From NCBI GenBank assembly GCA_046260395.1, contig JBHEPH010000004.1:5463-69462 (forward strand): a stretch of DNA of 64,000 nucleotides. Direction: 5' to 3'. Numbering within the stretch: the stretch's first letter is position 1; the number at the start of each line of letters is the position of its first letter. The stretch is from Gemmatimonadales bacterium (GTDB taxonomy: Bacteria > Gemmatimonadota > Gemmatimonadetes > Gemmatimonadales > GWC2-71-9). Positions 39,640 to 48,005 of the stretch are shown piece after piece. The notes beneath the pieces are model-generated. The model had not been told where the DNA came from, searched no databases, and saw only the letters and a program-made list of their open reading frames with translations. Position numbers and translations under genes: made by a program.

Positions 39640-39851
39640 GGTGACCTCCGCGCATCGGGGGTTGTTCGCCAGGAATCGAGGAATGAGCCAAGCGCCGCGC
39701 CACTCTCGAACCGGTGTTTCTCGCCGGTACCCAGGTCCTCCAGCATCAACGCCACCCGAAAACCCCGGGGGTCCGGCGCGCTCACCGCCTGCAGGAGGAA
39801 GTAGCCGAAGCGGGGAGAGTCGGGCCGTGGCGGATGGTCGGTTGGCAGCAT
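39636..39851 (-). CDS. Small hypothetical protein translationally coupled to the M23 peptidase gene
   Basis: 71 aa with high GC3. GGGGGAGG lies just upstream of ATG 39851. The stop overlaps the peptidase ATG (ATGA at 39636-39639). The core is FGYFLLQAVSAPDPRGFRVALMLEDLGTGEKHRFESGAALGSFLDSW. Confidence 0.5.
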   Translation of the reverse strand: MLPTDHPPRPDSPRFGYFLLQAVSAPDPRGFRVALMLEDLGTGEKHRFESGAALGSFLDSWRTTPDARRSP

Positions 39852-39966
39852 CTGCCTCCCCCAGGGACTGGCGAAACCGGGAATTGCAGCCGAAGTTATG
39901 GCGGGGGCGGCAAGAGACCGTCAGGTACCCCGTCAAGCGATTTGGTCACAAGGATTTGGGCGACAG

Positions 39967-42900
39967 GTGCTCCGGCTTCAGACACTGGGTGGATTGCAGC
40001 TGCTCAACGATTCCGGCTCCCCAGTCAAGGGGCGCCGGATGGTGCTGGCCGTGCTGGCATGGCTGGCCCGTTCGCGTGGCCACCAGGCCACCCGTGACCG
40101 ACTGATTGACGTTTTCTGGACCCGCAGCGATCCCGCAGCCGCTCGCCACTCACTCCGCCAGGCTCTCACCGAGCTCCGCAGCCTCCTGCCCGACGGATCC
40201 CTCACGATCGAAGGCGAGGAGGTGGCGGTGGATCGGCGGGACCTGTCGCTCGACCTGGCCCGCTTCGAGGAGGCAATCACCCGCCGGGATTGGCTCGCGG
40301 CGACCGCAGAGTACCAGGGACCGTTCCTCAGGGAACTGGAAGACATCGGTGGCACGGAGTGGCGGACCTGGGTAGAGGCGGAGCGGGGTGGCGCGGAACG
40401 GATGGCCGCGTCGGCCTTTGAGGGCGCCATCGAGGCGGCCACCAACCGCGGTGCCTGGCCTGACGCGATCAGTCTGGCCGAGCGGTGGACCGAAGTGGCC
40501 CCGGGGCGTGAGGCGCCTGAGATTGTCCTGATCCGGACACTATTGATGGCCGGAAGCCGTGAACAGGCCGCCGGGCGGTACGCGGTTCTGGCCGCCCGGC
40601 TCACCGCCGAGGGGGAGGAACCCTCCGCGGAACTTCAGCGCATTGCTCGCCAGTTGCCACCGCCGGTGCCCTCCCCTGCCGGGGCCCGCGGCCTAATGAC
40701 CCCCGACCTCGTTGGCCGCGAGCCCGCGTTCACTGTCCTGACATCCGCTTGGTATGCGGTGCGGGCTGGCGGATCCTCCCTGCTTGTGTTGGAGGGGGAG
40801 GAAGGTTCCGGCAAGACGCGTCTGCTTGAGGAGTTCACCAGGTCGGTACGCGCCCGGGAACCGAGCCTGCAGGTGATCACCGTGCGTGCGTACCGGGCGG
40901 AGTCAGACCAGCCGTCCGGGGCCCTCGGCTCACTGCTGGACGAGCTCGCCAGCGCGAAGGGGCTGCCGGCCGCCGCCGCCGAGGATCTCCTCTCCCTGAG
41001 TGCCGTGTCTCCCGCCATCCGGCGTCGGTTCGGCAAACTTGCAGGGGAGCCCACTCTGGACCGGGGCCTCGCGCTGACACGAGTTATCTCGGAAGTTGTC
41101 GCCGAGTCTCCCATCCTCCTCATCCTCGACGACGCCGACCAGGCGGACCCGGAGTCCCTCAAGGCACTGGCGGCATTGGCACGCCGGCTTCCCCGGCACA
41201 TGTTCTTGGTCTTCGCCATTCGACCACCAGCCCCGGGATCATCCTTCCTTGCGGACCTCCCCTCGGAATCGATCATCCGGAGCCGGTTGACCGGACTGGG
41301 CAACCATGACGCCGTGGCCCTGGTGAGGTCGATGGGCCCGATCACCCCGGCATCGGCAGAGCAGTTGGCGGAGGCGGGGGTCCGGGACCTGGGAGGAAAT
41401 CCGGGGAATCTCCGAGCGCTGGTGATGGAGCTGGCCGACACCGGGATTCTGGCCCTGGACGCCAACGGCGCCTGGGAACTCGCCGCGCCGCTGACGCGAC
41501 CGGTGGCGCTGCCGGAGGGGGCCCAGATACGCGCCCATCGCCTCATGCATGAGATCTCCCCGGCAGCCCGCGACCTGCTCCACCTTGCCGCCGCGTCTGG
41601 CAATGCGGTGCCACGATCCACCCTCGTCCGGGCGTCAGGCCTCGCCGAGGAATCCCTCCGTGACGCACTTGGTGAACTCACCAGCCGACGGCTGCTGCGC
41701 CCGACCGATGGCACGGCGAGCCGCTTCGAGTTTTCCAGCGAAGCCGCCCGGCGTGCGGTGTGGGACACCCTCGCGGGCGATCAACGGGCCGACTTCGCCA
41801 GGCGACTGCAACCAGCTCCCCCGGGCACGGGCCGGCGGCGCAGGGCGGCAGGCGCTGTGATCGGTCTCGCCGCGATCCTCAGCATCATCGGCATCGCCGT
41901 GATCCAGCCCGACGATCCTGCGCACGTGGAGGTTCTCCTCGCCGACATTCGATCGTCCACCGGGGATCAGGATCTGGACCGCACGCTCGCCCTGGTCGCA
42001 GGGATCGAGTTGCAGGAATCCAGACGGATTCGGCTCGTGCCACGAACCAGGATACGGGAGGCGCTGGTGCGCATGGGTCGCCGTGGTGCTGACTCCATCC
42101 TGGACGAGCACCTGGCCCGGGAGATCGCCGAGCGCGAGGATGTCCCCTGGGTGCTCTCGCTTGATGCCGTCCACGCAGGCGGGAAGATCCTGCTGACGGG
42201 GCAATTATTGGTTCCGCGGACCGGGGCCGTGGATGCGGCCGCCTCCGAGACGGCCGATTCCGAGGCCGAGGTGCTCGATGCGATGGGCCGCCTGCTGCGC
42301 CAGATCCGCCGGCGCCTCGGCGAACTCCCCGGCGACTCCACCGCCACATCCGGCCTGCCCAGGGTCTCCACCCACTCGATCGCTGCGCTCCGTGAGTTTG
42401 CGAGCGGGCGAGACGCCTGGACCAATCGGAAGTACCTCGACGCCAGGGAGGCCTGGCAACGGGCGGTCGCGCTCGACTCCGGATTCGCCCTGGCTTGGGC
42501 CAGCCTGGCAGATGAGGCCTACCGCGCCAATGACGCGCCACTCGGCAACCAGTTTCTTGAACGGGCGATCAGCCTGTCGGGGACCCTGACCCCGCGTGAG
42601 CAGCTCGCCCTGCGCGCGCAGCGGGCGCGCCACCTTGGTACGACGGCTGATGCAATAGCCGCCTCGAAGCGACTGGCGGAGGCGTACCCCGGGCGCGATG
42701 CCTGGTATTCGCTGGGCACGACCCTCATGCAGGCCCGGCAATGCGACCAGGCACTTCCGGCCCTGGCGCAAAGCCTCGTCTATGACGGCCGCTTCACAAA
42801 CGCCCATATCAACCGGGCCACCTGTTTCCAGTTCCTGCAGCGGTTTGACAGCGCGGTCGTGGCCTACCAGCAAGCCGGGACACTCGATTCGACCGCACTG

Positions 42901-43767
42901 CTCTGGAGCAACGTGGGCGAGGAATACGGTTCCGCCCTTCGCATGGCGGGACGGCGGTCGGAGGCGGAGGCTCATTTTCAGCGGGTCATCGCCCGGGGCG
43001 AGGATGGCATCAAGGCGCGAGGGCACCGTCAACTCGCCTGGATGGCGATGGCGGAGGGTCGCTTTGGGGCGGCAATCCGGAGCGCCCAGGAGGCGGTGCG
43101 ACTCGTGGGACTCGTCGATGAACCGGTCGGGATGTTCCGGGCCCGCCTGGTGCTAGCGCGGGCGCTACTCGGCTCAGGTGACTCGGTCTCCGCACGGCGG
43201 GAGTTCGAGGCGGCCTGGGCGGCACGGCCGAAGGAACGCCTGTCGAGCGGGTTCCTCGTCCCGGCCGCCCATCTGGCGTCGCGCCTTGCTCTCCGCACCA
43301 GGGCCGTGGCAGCGGCGGAGGAGGCGGTGGCGATCACGCGGCCGGGGGTGGTGAGCGATGATACCGACCGGGCGACCGCCCTCGCGATGCTCGAACTGGC
43401 GCGGGGAAACCCGGCGCGCGCCGTGGGACAGACTGATGCCCATTGGCCACCCCAGCCGGGCGCCCGGTGGGGCTTCCTGGAGGCCGTCCGCGCCGAGGCG
43501 CTGGTCGGGAATGGGCAGCTGGACTCGGCGCTGGCCTTGTACCGCCAGTTGTCTGCCGCCCCATGGGTTGGCTGGGAAGCGGAGGACGTCTCCGTGCGAG
43601 CGGATCTCGAGATTGCCCGGCTGGCCACAAGGCTGGGGCACTCGACCGAGGCCATCACCGCGGTGGACCGGTTCCTGGACAAATGGAAAGGGGCGGACCA
43701 GACGGCCCCCGAACTGCTGGTGTCGCTCGCGCTTCGGGAGACGATCCTGCAGGAGCGGACCCGCTAG
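39967..43767 (+). CDS. SARP/BTAD-family transcriptional regulator fused to a STAND-type ATPase, a transmembrane segment and TPR repeats
   Basis: GTG 39967 gives VLRLQTLGGLQLL..., a typical SARP winged-helix start, followed by BTAD. P-loop VLEGEEGSGKTRLLEEF and Walker B LLILDDADQAD. TM: AAGAVIGLAAILSIIGIAVI. A long TPR-like C-terminus follows. Confidence 0.7.
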   Translation: MLRLQTLGGLQLLNDSGSPVKGRRMVLAVLAWLARSRGHQATRDRLIDVFWTRSDPAAARHSLRQALTELRSLLPDGSLTIEGEEVAVDRRDLSLDLARFEEAITRRDWLAATAEYQGPFLRELEDIGGTEWRTWVEAERGGAERMAASAFEGAIEAATNRGAWPDAISLAERWTEVAPGREAPEIVLIRTLLMAGSREQAAGRYAVLAARLTAEGEEPSAELQRIARQLPPPVPSPAGARGLMTPDLVGREPAFTVLTSAWYAVRAGGSSLLVLEGEEGSGKTRLLEEFTRSVRAREPSLQVITVRAYRAESDQPSGALGSLLDELASAKGLPAAAAEDLLSLSAVSPAIRRRFGKLAGEPTLDRGLALTRVISEVVAESPILLILDDADQADPESLKALAALARRLPRHMFLVFAIRPPAPGSSFLADLPSESIIRSRLTGLGNHDAVALVRSMGPITPASAEQLAEAGVRDLGGNPGNLRALVMELADTGILALDANGAWELAAPLTRPVALPEGAQIRAHRLMHEISPAARDLLHLAAASGNAVPRSTLVRASGLAEESLRDALGELTSRRLLRPTDGTASRFEFSSEAARRAVWDTLAGDQRADFARRLQPAPPGTGRRRRAAGAVIGLAAILSIIGIAVIQPDDPAHVEVLLADIRSSTGDQDLDRTLALVAGIELQESRRIRLVPRTRIREALVRMGRRGADSILDEHLAREIAEREDVPWVLSLDAVHAGGKILLTGQLLVPRTGAVDAAASETADSEAEVLDAMGRLLRQIRRRLGELPGDSTATSGLPRVSTHSIAALREFASGRDAWTNRKYLDAREAWQRAVALDSGFALAWASLADEAYRANDAPLGNQFLERAISLSGTLTPREQLALRAQRARHLGTTADAIAASKRLAEAYPGRDAWYSLGTTLMQARQCDQALPALAQSLVYDGRFTNAHINRATCFQFLQRFDSAVVAYQQAGTLDSTALLWSNVGEEYGSALRMAGRRSEAEAHFQRVIARGEDGIKARGHRQLAWMAMAEGRFGAAIRSAQEAVRLVGLVDEPVGMFRARLVLARALLGSGDSVSARREFEAAWAARPKERLSSGFLVPAAHLASRLALRTRAVAAAEEAVAITRPGVVSDDTDRATALAMLELARGNPARAVGQTDAHWPPQPGARWGFLEAVRAEALVGNGQLDSALALYRQLSAAPWVGWEAEDVSVRADLEIARLATRLGHSTEAITAVDRFLDKWKGADQTAPELLVSLALRETILQERTR

Positions 43768-43866
43768 ATTCGTGGCAGCTGAACTCGACAACCGGGCCAC
43801 CCGGCACCCGTGGCATCGTGATTGGGGGTGTCGCGGGCCGGTCCCACACTTGAAAGCGGAACGATC

Positions 43867-44259
43867 ATGCCCAAAGCCGAAGGCCGGACCATCCCGTTCG
43901 TGGGACCGGAAGAGATTGACGTGGAGGTGCTCGAGACCTTCCCCTACGACGGTCCCGAGCAGGAGATCGTCACCGAGACCGACGAGTTCAGCGCCGTCTG
44001 CCCCTACTCGGGGCTGCCAGATTACGCCGTCCTGACCATCCGCTACATACCGGCTGGCCAGTGCGTGGAGCTCAAGAGCCTGAAGTACTACATCACCGGC
44101 TATCGCAACGTCGGCATCTACCAGGAACACGCCACTGCGCGGATGGCGGAGGATCTCTTCCGCGTGATCGCCCCGAAGACACTCACCGTAACCACCCTCT
44201 ACAACGTACGTGGCGGCTTTGAGACCACCTGCAGCGTGACGCTGCCGGCTACGGCGTAG
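43867..44259 (+). CDS. queF: NADPH-dependent 7-cyano-7-deazaguanine (preQ0) reductase, type I
   Basis: 130 aa from ATG 43867. Catalytic Cys context FSAVCPYSGLPDY and the QueF motif ELKSLKYY. Confidence 0.85.
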   Translation: MPKAEGRTIPFVGPEEIDVEVLETFPYDGPEQEIVTETDEFSAVCPYSGLPDYAVLTIRYIPAGQCVELKSLKYYITGYRNVGIYQEHATARMAEDLFRVIAPKTLTVTTLYNVRGGFETTCSVTLPATA

Positions 44260-46315
44260 CCGGCGGCTTCACTGCCACGGGGGCCAGGCGGGTGGTATTG
44301 GTCCCGTCGCCGAGTTGTCCCTCCAGGTTCCGCCCCCAGCAGACCGCAGCACCCTCCGTCGTCCGGCCGCAGGTGTGCTCGCCGCCGGCATGGATCGTGG
44401 CGAGGATCACCTCACCGGTGACCGCCACCGGTTCCAGGCGGGTGGTCGCGGTGCCATCGCCGAGCCGGCCAGAGCCATTCTGCCCCCAGCACCATGCCGC
44501 ACCATCCGCCTTGACCGCACAGCTGTGTGAGCCGCCGGCGGAAATGCTGGCGAAGGTGTGCGCGCCGGTGACTGGCACCGGCTGGCTGAAATTACTGGCG
44601 GACCCGGTGCCGAGTTGGCCCTGACCGCCGGTGCCCCAGCACCAGGCGGCACCGCTGGTGGCCAGGCCGCAGGTGTGGCTGCCGCCGACGCTGATCGCCT
44701 GCCAGTTGTGCCCACCGATGACCTGAGTTGGGACCAGGCGATCGGTCTGGGTGCCGTCGCCGAGGCGGCCGGAGGCGTTCGAGCCCCAGCACCAGGCCGT
44801 GCCGCCCGCCTTCAGCGCGCAGGTGTGCGTGCTCGAGGACGCCTGCACCGAGAGATACGGCCCGCCGCTCACCAGGGTCGGAGCCAGTCGTTGTTCCGTG
44901 GTGCCGTCGCCCAACCGCCCGTTGGCATTGCTGCCCCAGCAGAGGATTTCGCCGTCGGTGCGCAGCCCGCAGGTGTGGACCATGCCGGCGGCGAGCTGGC
45001 TGAAGGCGTGCGACCCCGCCACCTCGACCGGAAGGAGCTGGTCAATCAGGGTGTTGTTGCCCAGTTGCCCGTTTCCATTGAAGCCCCAGCAGCGGGCGGA
45101 GCCGCCCGGCGCGATGCCGCAGGCGTGGGCACCCCCGGCCACGAGGCCGGAGAGCGTGACGCCCCCACCGACCTGCACCGGGCTGGACCGTGGCGTGCCC
45201 GTCCCGTCGCCGATCTGGCCGCCGGAGTTCGAGCCCCAGCACCAGGCCTTGCCGTCGAGGTCGGCGGCGCAGGTGGAGCCACTCCCCGAGGCGACCCGCA
45301 GCACCAGGAAGGCGACGCCGGTCGCGTTGAGGACGGCGTCCGGGATACCCTGCCGCGAGGCGGTCAACGTCTGTTGTCCGGTGGAGAAGCCGAGCACCCA
45401 GCTCCCGACCCGGGCAATCCCCTGGGCATTGGTGTTGACGGTGCCGCCCGTGACGGTGCCGCTTCCTGCCGCCGGCGTGAACGTGATCGAGATCCCAGGG
45501 ACGGGGTTGCCGAAGGCATCCATGAGCTTGACGCCGGGCGCTGTGGCGACCGCCGTGCCGATCGTGGCGGTCTGCCCATCGCCTTCGACGACGACAAGCT
45601 GCGCCGCCGGGCCGACCGTCGCCGTCGCCGTAAAGGTCACCGCCGCACCCGGGTCATTGTCGAGCGAGGCCTGCAGGGTATTCTGTCCCACCAGGGGCCC
45701 CAGGTTCCAGGCGGTGGGGCTCGCCGTGCCGTCCGCGATCGTCTGGGCCGCACCGCCGGTCACCGTGCCATCGCCGGTGAGCACCGCAAAGGTGACGGCG
45801 GCACCCGGGACGGGGTTGTTCCAGGCATCGGTTACCCTGACCCGGGGCAGGACCGGGACCGCCGCTCCCGCCGCGGCGACCTGGTTGTTGCCGGCCAGGA
45901 GGATGATCGCCGCCCCGGCGCCGGCGCCGAGCGACACCGGCGCCGACAGCACCGACGCCAGCCCCGGCGATTCAAACCGCAGGGTCCGCTCACCGGCCGT
46001 TCCGCTGAGCCCGAGGTTGGTCCAGGTGGCCTTGCCCTCGACGTCCGTCCGCTGGGCGGCCGTACCCACGATGGCCCCGCCGCCGGTGGCGATCACCGCG
46101 GTGATCAGCACGTCGGCCTGCCCCACCGCCTCTCCCTGGGCGTTGCGGAGCTGGACGACGGGCTGGACCGGGAAGGCCACTCCGCTCTGGGCGGAGGCCG
46201 AGGGCTGGGTCAGGAGGGCCAGCGCCGTGGCGGCGGGATTGTCGGGACCGGTGCCGTCGCCAGAGCAGGCGGCCACCAGGGAGAATCCGAGCAGGGCGGT
46301 CAATCGACGGGACAC
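44249..46315 (-). CDS. Lipoprotein with N-terminal Ig-like repeats and C-terminal RCC1 (seven-bladed propeller) repeats
   Basis: Signal plus lipobox (LGFSLVAAC) and four or so Ig-like repeats. These are followed by about 7 repeats of the RCC1 signature (..CWGSN..GQLGDGT...R..P..V). Confidence 0.7.
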   Translation of the reverse strand: MSRRLTALLGFSLVAACSGDGTGPDNPAATALALLTQPSASAQSGVAFPVQPVVQLRNAQGEAVGQADVLITAVIATGGGAIVGTAAQRTDVEGKATWTNLGLSGTAGERTLRFESPGLASVLSAPVSLGAGAGAAIILLAGNNQVAAAGAAVPVLPRVRVTDAWNNPVPGAAVTFAVLTGDGTVTGGAAQTIADGTASPTAWNLGPLVGQNTLQASLDNDPGAAVTFTATATVGPAAQLVVVEGDGQTATIGTAVATAPGVKLMDAFGNPVPGISITFTPAAGSGTVTGGTVNTNAQGIARVGSWVLGFSTGQQTLTASRQGIPDAVLNATGVAFLVLRVASGSGSTCAADLDGKAWCWGSNSGGQIGDGTGTPRSSPVQVGGGVTLSGLVAGGAHACGIAPGGSARCWGFNGNGQLGNNTLIDQLLPVEVAGSHAFSQLAAGMVHTCGLRTDGEILCWGSNANGRLGDGTTEQRLAPTLVSGGPYLSVQASSSTHTCALKAGGTAWCWGSNASGRLGDGTQTDRLVPTQVIGGHNWQAISVGGSHTCGLATSGAAWCWGTGGQGQLGTGSASNFSQPVPVTGAHTFASISAGGSHSCAVKADGAAWCWGQNGSGRLGDGTATTRLEPVAVTGEVILATIHAGGEHTCGRTTEGAAVCWGRNLEGQLGDGTNTTRLAPVAVKPPATP

Positions 46316-46543
46316 ATCGCGCTCCTTCTGAAGTCAGGCCGGGGCGGCCCCGGGGGCGGGCCCCGGAGGGCCAGGGGGACGGCCTTCGTCAACCTAAGCC
46401 AGCTTTGCAAGAAGTACGCCGCTCCCACGCGATGGGCCTGGGGCGAGGCACGGCGCTCCGAGGGTTCGGAGCCGGGCGCGACGGGGTTAAATTGCGACCA
46501 CGACACGCCTTTCCACCTGCCTTAACGATACAAGGGTACCCGC

Positions 46544-47812
46544 GTGACCACGAACTCCCTGACGATCACCGACAACCGGACCGGCAAGCAGTACGAGGTG
46601 CCGGTCACCGACGGCACCATCCGCGCGATCGACCTCCGGCAGATCAAGACCGGCGAGGACGACTTCGGGTTGATGACCTACGACCCCGCGTTCCTGAATA
46701 CCGCGGCCTGCCGGAGCAGCATCACCTTCATCGACGGCGACCTCGGCATCCTGCGCTACCGGGGCTATCCGATCGACCAGCTCGCCGAGCGGAGCTCGTT
46801 CCTCGACGTGGCCTTCCTGTTGAGCGAGGGCGAACTCCCGACCGCCGAGCAACGGGCCAAGTGGGAGCATGACATCCGCTACCACACCTACGTCCACACC
46901 AACATCATGAAGTTCCTGGACGGCTTCCGCTACGATGCGCACCCGATGGGAATGCTGCTGAGCGCCGTGGGGGCCCTCTCCACCTTCTATCCCGATGCGA
47001 AGGATATCCACGATCCGGCCACCCGCTACATCCAGCGGGTCCGCCTGATGGCCAAGATGCCCACCCTGGCGGCGTTCGCCTTCCGGCATTCGCGCGGGTT
47101 GCCCTTCGAGTTTCCGCGCAACGACCTGGACTACATCGGCAACTTCGTGAACATGACCTTCAGCATCGGCGGCAAGCATGAGCCGAACAAGGTGCTGCAG
47201 CGCGCCCTGGAGATCCTGCTGATCCTCCACGCCGACCATGAGCAGAACTGCTCCACCAGCTCGGTGCGCGCCGTCGGTTCCTCGCAGGTGGATCCCTACT
47301 CGGCCGTCTCGGCCGGCATTGCCGCCCTCTACGGGCCGCTCCACGGCGGCGCCAACGAGGCGGTGCTCCGGATGCTCGACGAGATCGGCGACGCGAAGCA
47401 GATCCCCGGCTTCATCGAGCGGGTCAAGAAGGGCGAGGGCCGGTTGATGGGCTTTGGCCACCGGGTCTACAAGTCCTACGACCCGCGCGCCAAGCTGATC
47501 AAGCAGGTGGCCGACGACGTCTTTGCCCAGACCGGCCTGAACCCGAAGCTGGAGATCGCCCTGGAGCTGGAGCGGATCGCCCTGGAAGACGACTACTTCA
47601 TCAGCCGCAAGCTGTATCCGAACGTGGACTTCTACAGTGGCCTGATCTACCAGGCGATGGGCTATCCGACCGATTACTTCACGGTCCTCTTCGCGCTGGG
47701 CCGCCTGCCGGGGTGGCTGGCGCAGTGGGAGGAGATGCTGGGCGACAAGGAGCAGAAGATCGCCCGGCCGCGGCAGATCTACACGGGGATTGAGCTGCGC
47801 GAGATGCCCTGA
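46544..47812 (+). CDS. gltA: Citrate synthase (type II)
   Basis: 422 aa. LILHADHEQNCSTS, GPLHGGANE, GFGHRVYKSYDPRA and the DFYSG motif. Confidence 0.9.
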   Translation: MTTNSLTITDNRTGKQYEVPVTDGTIRAIDLRQIKTGEDDFGLMTYDPAFLNTAACRSSITFIDGDLGILRYRGYPIDQLAERSSFLDVAFLLSEGELPTAEQRAKWEHDIRYHTYVHTNIMKFLDGFRYDAHPMGMLLSAVGALSTFYPDAKDIHDPATRYIQRVRLMAKMPTLAAFAFRHSRGLPFEFPRNDLDYIGNFVNMTFSIGGKHEPNKVLQRALEILLILHADHEQNCSTSSVRAVGSSQVDPYSAVSAGIAALYGPLHGGANEAVLRMLDEIGDAKQIPGFIERVKKGEGRLMGFGHRVYKSYDPRAKLIKQVADDVFAQTGLNPKLEIALELERIALEDDYFISRKLYPNVDFYSGLIYQAMGYPTDYFTVLFALGRLPGWLAQWEEMLGDKEQKIARPRQIYTGIELREMP

Positions 47813-47955
47813 GAGGTAAGAGGTGAGAGGGAACTGTCGGGCTCCTCGACGGGTGACGCCCCTCACATGGTGAGAGGGAACTACATCCGCATGCGGTTCC
47901 CTCTCACCGAGCGACGACCTCGTCTTTTCACGGAACCCGACAGATCCCTCTTACC
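47813..47955. repeat. Nested heptad-repeat hairpin element / bidirectional terminator
   Basis: It starts right after TGA 47810-47812 with GAGAGGT AAGAGGT GAGAGGG AACTGTCGGG, which pairs with CCCGACAGATCCCTCTTACC at 47936-47955. An inner perfect 13-bp hairpin GGTGAGAGGGAAC / GTTCCCTCTCACC occupies 47869-47908. Confidence 0.55.
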
Positions 47956-48005
47956 ATGCGCAGACCTCAGCCTGGCGCAGAACCCTGGCAGTTCCCGCCC
48001 CCCCC

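Noticed and set aside
43768-43866. Possible preQ1 riboswitch upstream of queF
   Set aside because: I could not find the conserved preQ1-I/II features (a short hairpin followed by an A-rich tail or an SD-sequestering pseudoknot). An Rfam scan would be needed to be sure.
44558-46525. 655-aa and 526-aa plus-strand ORFs opposite the RCC1 lipoprotein gene
   Set aside because: They are antisense to a gene with a signal peptide and periodic RCC1 repeats. Their own periodicity just mirrors the repeats on the other strand.
46316-46543. 228-bp G-rich gap upstream of gltA as a possible sRNA or riboswitch
   Set aside because: It has only generic GC-rich hairpins (GGCCGGGGCGGCCCCGG). I recognised no conserved RNA family signature and cannot support a call.
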